Source: a virus (lineage: Duplodnaviria > Caudoviricetes). Taken from it: a DNA stretch of 57,598 nucleotides. A program made the position numbers and the translations under genes. Positions within the stretch are counted from its first letter, which is position 1. Every line of letters begins with the position of its first letter. The stretch is from positions 1 to 57,598 of IMG/VR virus record IMGVR_UViG_3300017649_000002; one strand, written 5' to 3'. Shown one piece after another: positions 54,272 through 57,598 of this stretch. The notes under the pieces are model-generated. The model was not told the origin of the DNA. It did no database searches and saw nothing but the letters and a program-made list of their open reading frames with translations.

Positions 54272-55026
54272 GCGCCATCGAAATCCGATCCGAATTCATC
54301 CGCATCGCTCACGCCTTCACGGCGGGCGCCACGGGCGTCTTCGACATCGAACACCTGAAGCACGGCCACGCCGTCAAGAACATCTACGTCGAGCCTCACG
54401 CCAGCGGCAAAGGCGTGCAGATCGTGTCCACCGATGGCGGCTGCATGTGCGTCCAATGGGACCGCGAAGGCCACGTCGATCGTCCGTACCTGATTTGCGG
54501 CCTGACCCGGCCGGACACGCTGGACATGAGCGGCAGCAACATCAGCGAACGCTGGCTGGTCGGCTCACCCGAGAAGCTGTCGATCCGCCAGGACATCGGG
54601 CCGAAGTACCCGACCAAGCGCCTCTCGGGCGTCACCGCATGCAAGGTTCGGCTGCGCGATGAGGCGACCGACGAGCCGGGCGTGACCGTCTACCCGAACT
54701 GGCGCAGCCATCTGCCGAGCCGCGAGGACATCGACAGCATGAGCGAAGGCTACCCCGGCTTCCTGAACGCCGCGTACCTGTCGATCATCGCCAGGCTCTA
54801 CGACGACGGCATGCAGAACTGCCGTGGCGTGCGCGTGCTGCACAAAGGCAGCATCGAATCGCCGGTCCTGCTGCAATTCCCGTGGCGCAACGACCTGTTC
54901 GTGCTGATCGCTCCGCAAACCCCGTCCATCTCGCACGGCTGGACGGACATGATCCACGACGTGGTTTCGACCACGCGCTCGCTAAAGGCGCGAGCCGAAG
55001 ACGACGACCCCGCTGCGGGCCTGTGA
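54268..55026 (+). CDS. Possible sliding-clamp (DNA pol III beta)-like fold protein
   Basis: GGAGG RBS; 'IYVEP', 'IVSTDG', 'YPNWR..LP', 'LNAAYL' resemble beta-clamp domain motifs; ends DDPAAGL. Confidence 0.5.
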   Translation: MSAIEIRSEFIRIAHAFTAGATGVFDIEHLKHGHAVKNIYVEPHASGKGVQIVSTDGGCMCVQWDREGHVDRPYLICGLTRPDTLDMSGSNISERWLVGSPEKLSIRQDIGPKYPTKRLSGVTACKVRLRDEATDEPGVTVYPNWRSHLPSREDIDSMSEGYPGFLNAAYLSIIARLYDDGMQNCRGVRVLHKGSIESPVLLQFPWRNDLFVLIAPQTPSISHGWTDMIHDVVSTTRSLKARAEDDDPAAGL

Positions 55027-55126
55027 TCAATCGTGCGGCCTCGCGCCGCGAGGAAATCGAGGCCATCCGCAAGCGGCTGACCGCGACGGCCGCCGAGTTC
55101 GAAAGCTGATTGTTACACTTTAGTCT

Positions 55127-55178
55127 TTGACACGGCTGAACAGTATCACCGACAATTTCGACACCGTTAAACCGTAAC
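55127..55178 (+). promoter_or_regulatory. Rightward sigma70 promoter with two operator-A sites
   Basis: TTGACA-18 nt-GACAAT; sites at 55129-55147 and 55160-55178. Confidence 0.72.
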
Positions 55179-55204
55179 GCGCCACGGCGCAAAAAGGAAA
55201 GGAT

Positions 55205-55684
55205 GTGAATGCTTCCACTCTCCACTTGAACGGCTTCGACGCCGCCGCCACCATCTCGGCCGAGATGTTCCAGCAACGGTACATCGACGCCGGCAAACTG
55301 CTTCAAGACATCTGCCACGGGGTCGCCGCGCAAAGCGGCTGGTGGAACGACCTGAAGACCGGCGAAGACCTGTCGTCCCCGCTGTTCGGTCTGCACGACG
55401 ACCCGACCAGCCTCAAGATCAACGTGCCCGAGAAGCTGATGCTGATCGTCAGCGAGGTCAGCGAGGGCATGGAAGGGTTTCGCAAGAACCTGCGCGACGA
55501 CAAACTGTCGCACCGTTCGATGCTGGAAGTCGAACTGGCCGATGCCGTGATCCGCATCTTCGACCTGGCTGGCGGCATCGGCCTCGACGTTCCCGGCGCC
55601 ATCGTCGAGAAATTAGCCTTCAACGCCAGTCGTGAAGATCATCGTATAGAAAATCGGAGAAAGGAAGGTGGGAAATCCTTCTGA
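55205..55684 (+). CDS. MazG-like nucleotide pyrophosphohydrolase
   Basis: 'KLMLIVSEVSE.MEG.RK', 'EVELAD..IRI.DL', 'EK..FN..R'. Confidence 0.85.
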   Translation: MNASTLHLNGFDAAATISAEMFQQRYIDAGKLLQDICHGVAAQSGWWNDLKTGEDLSSPLFGLHDDPTSLKINVPEKLMLIVSEVSEGMEGFRKNLRDDKLSHRSMLEVELADAVIRIFDLAGGIGLDVPGAIVEKLAFNASREDHRIENRRKEGGKSF

Positions 55685-56219
55685 TCCCTACCTCCGCCCT
55701 CGGTCGCGTCGTTGTCGTAAAGATTTGAATGTCTGCCAAGATTGCAAAGTCGTACTAGGCGCCGACAACTGGTCGCCGTCGATGCGTGGCGAGACAGGCC
55801 ATCGGCCGAGGTATATTTGCCGACCTTGTTGGTCAGCACGACAACGACGCTACGCATCAAACAAAAGCCCTGAAGATTTGCGTGCGATGAAGAAAGCATC
55901 GCGAGCAAAGCGGCAAGCGGAATGGTCTGACGATAGAAAGGCTCGCGAACGGCGGCGTCGGTATGGCAACTGGCTTAAACGTAACTACGACATTACGATC
56001 GACGAATATGAGTACATGTTCAAATCTCAGGACGGACGCTGCGCGATCTGTAGAGCCGATAAGCCAGAAGGTCGAGGTGGATTTCATGTTGATCATTGCC
56101 ACCTTACTGGCACCGTTCGGGGATTGCTATGCGCTACCTGCAATCTACTTCTCGGCCATGCAGACGACAGCATAAGTCGTCTCGCTGCTGCGATCGAATA
56201 TCTCAAAAGGAACAGATAA
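55668..56219 (+). CDS. Endonuclease VII-family (Hpy99I-like) homing endonuclease
   Basis: CxxC pairs; 'QDGRCAIC', 'VDHCH.TG.VRGLLC..CN..LG...D'; lower GC. Confidence 0.9.
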   Translation: MGNPSDPYLRPRSRRCRKDLNVCQDCKVVLGADNWSPSMRGETGHRPRYICRPCWSARQRRYASNKSPEDLRAMKKASRAKRQAEWSDDRKARERRRRYGNWLKRNYDITIDEYEYMFKSQDGRCAICRADKPEGRGGFHVDHCHLTGTVRGLLCATCNLLLGHADDSISRLAAAIEYLKRNR

Positions 56220-56220
56220 C

Positions 56221-56439
56221 ATGATCCAACTCACCCAACAGGAATACGACCGTCTCGTCGCGGCCGGAGCCGAAGCCGAACGTCTGAAGTCGGCCCTGGC
56301 CGAAGTGCATGCGTGGGCTGTTTGCGCCCCCATCGCTTCGCCGGCCGACATGGCGCAGAACTTGCCCCGCATCATCGAAATCACGTCGCCCGACTACATG
56401 GGCCGCAACGCCCAATCGGGCGAAGGAGCAACCGAATGA
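56221..56439 (+). CDS. Hypothetical protein
   Basis: AAGGA RBS; operon tiling. Confidence 0.65.
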   Translation: MIQLTQQEYDRLVAAGAEAERLKSALAEVHAWAVCAPIASPADMAQNLPRIIEITSPDYMGRNAQSGEGATE

Positions 56440-57389
56440 AGCCGTTCCGCAGTGCCCGCGTGTTCGCGGTCGATCCGCACTTCACCAACCTCCTGCGCGA
56501 TGGCGACGGGCTGGACTACCTGAACGAAATGCTGGGGCGCCGGCAGATCGACCCCGAGGCCCAACAGGGCCACGGGCGGTCGGGTTTCGTCTCGGCGTGC
56601 CCGCACGAATTTCAGCCGGCGTACCGCGTCGAAGACTTCTTCCTGTTCGCGCTGCGCGTCGAGTTCAAGTCGGTGCCCGGCGCTGCCGTAAAGCAGGCTG
56701 CGGCCAAACGCATCGCGGAAGTCGAAAAGGCGCAGGGCTACAGGCCCGGCCGCAAGCAGTGCAAGGAAATCACCGAAGACGTTCACGACGAACTGCTGGC
56801 GAAGGCCCCGCTCGTCTATCGCGACACGCGGGCTTTCATCGACGTGGAACGCGGCTACCTCGTCGTCGAAGGCAGTTCGGCATCGCGAGCCGACGAGATG
56901 ATCGCCATGTTGGCCCGCGTGCTCGACGATCACGAGTTCCCGATTGCCAGCATCCGCACGAAGTTGTCCCCGGCCAAGGCCATGACGCAATGGCTCATCG
57001 ACGACGAGGCCCCGGCCAACTTCACCATCGACCAGGGTGCCGAGTTCAAGGCCGCTACCGGCGCGACCGCGAAGTACAAGTCGATCTCTCTCAACTCCGA
57101 CGCTCTCGCTGATCACATCAGGAACGAACGTGCTTGCGTGCGCCTGGCGATGACCTGGGCCGACCGCGTGTCGTTCGTCCTGGGCGAAGACCTGTGCATC
57201 CGCTCGGTCGCGTTCCTCGACGTGCTGAAGGAAAAGCCCAACCCGGATACGGCCGCTGAAGACCTGTTCGACAGTGAGATGCTGCTGTTCGCCACCGAGT
57301 TCTGCAAGATGTTCCGCGAGGTCATCTACTCGATCGACGAAACGGCCGACTTCCTGAGCGACGAGGACGACGCAGCGGCCGGCCTTTGA
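56436..57389 (+). CDS. rdgC: Recombination-associated protein RdgC
   Basis: 'GFV', 'K.VP..V', 'GRKQ.KEI.E.V.DELL.KA', 'MTQWL', 'LAMTW.DRVSFVL'; AAGGAG before ATG 56436. Confidence 0.88.
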   Translation: MKPFRSARVFAVDPHFTNLLRDGDGLDYLNEMLGRRQIDPEAQQGHGRSGFVSACPHEFQPAYRVEDFFLFALRVEFKSVPGAAVKQAAAKRIAEVEKAQGYRPGRKQCKEITEDVHDELLAKAPLVYRDTRAFIDVERGYLVVEGSSASRADEMIAMLARVLDDHEFPIASIRTKLSPAKAMTQWLIDDEAPANFTIDQGAEFKAATGATAKYKSISLNSDALADHIRNERACVRLAMTWADRVSFVLGEDLCIRSVAFLDVLKEKPNPDTAAEDLFDSEMLLFATEFCKMFREVIYSIDETADFLSDEDDAAAGL

Positions 57390-57475
57390 CTTGCCCCATC
57401 AAACAACATCATGTTGTTTTCACCCTAAATCAGAGATAAGGAATCACTATGAAAGCCACGCTTCTCATCGCCAAC

Positions 57476-57598
57476 ATGCTCGCAGCCATCGGCAACGCCT
57501 TCGGTATGAAAGCCCAGGGCTACCGCCCCAGCCGCCACAAGGGCGGGCGCCGCCCCGGCCGCGTGAGCGCCAAGAAGGGCCTCTTGTACACGCCCGAC
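57476..57598. repeat. Terminal direct repeat (identical to 1-123)
   Basis: Exact duplicate of the window start. Confidence 0.95.

Noticed and set aside
55023-55109. 28-codon ORF coupled by GTGA to the clamp-like gene
   Set aside because: Plausible but too short to support from sequence alone.
57476-57598. Biological terminal repeat
   Set aside because: It falls mid-gene, and a gpA-type terminase implies cohesive ends, so it is best explained as assembly overlap.

Overview
The window is a complete, circularly permuted genome of a GC-rich temperate siphophage. It is about 57,475 bp unique, because bases 1-123 are repeated at 57476-57598 as an assembly overlap. Gene content and order resemble the Chi/BcepNazgul/AH2 group (Casjensviridae-like): lambda-type terminase, gpW, portal, S49 protease/scaffold, decoration and capsid E genes, a long tail module with a -1 frameshifted chaperone, and a lysis cassette. 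The replication operon has DUF2800 nuclease, DUF2815 SSB, family-B polymerase, C5 methylase, VRR-NUC and SNF2 helicase, with a divergent primase-helicase. RdgC, a MazG-like and a ParB-like gene, tyrosine integrase/xis/attP, one tRNA-Leu(CAG) and five free-standing endonuclease genes are also present. Family assignments come from motifs recognised by eye, not from database searches. The main unexplained structure is: (1) a shared C-terminal peptide DDxAAGL-COOH on four unrelated DNA-transaction proteins; (2) two independent genome-wide palindromic operator networks (8 and about 12 sites); (3) a large RNA structure in front of an SD-less DUF2800 gene; (4) a phage tRNA-Leu placed just behind a tRNA-like attP; (5) a candidate cos dyad between two different repeat arrays; (6) an iteron-rich candidate origin; and (7) a compositionally distinct block of small early genes.
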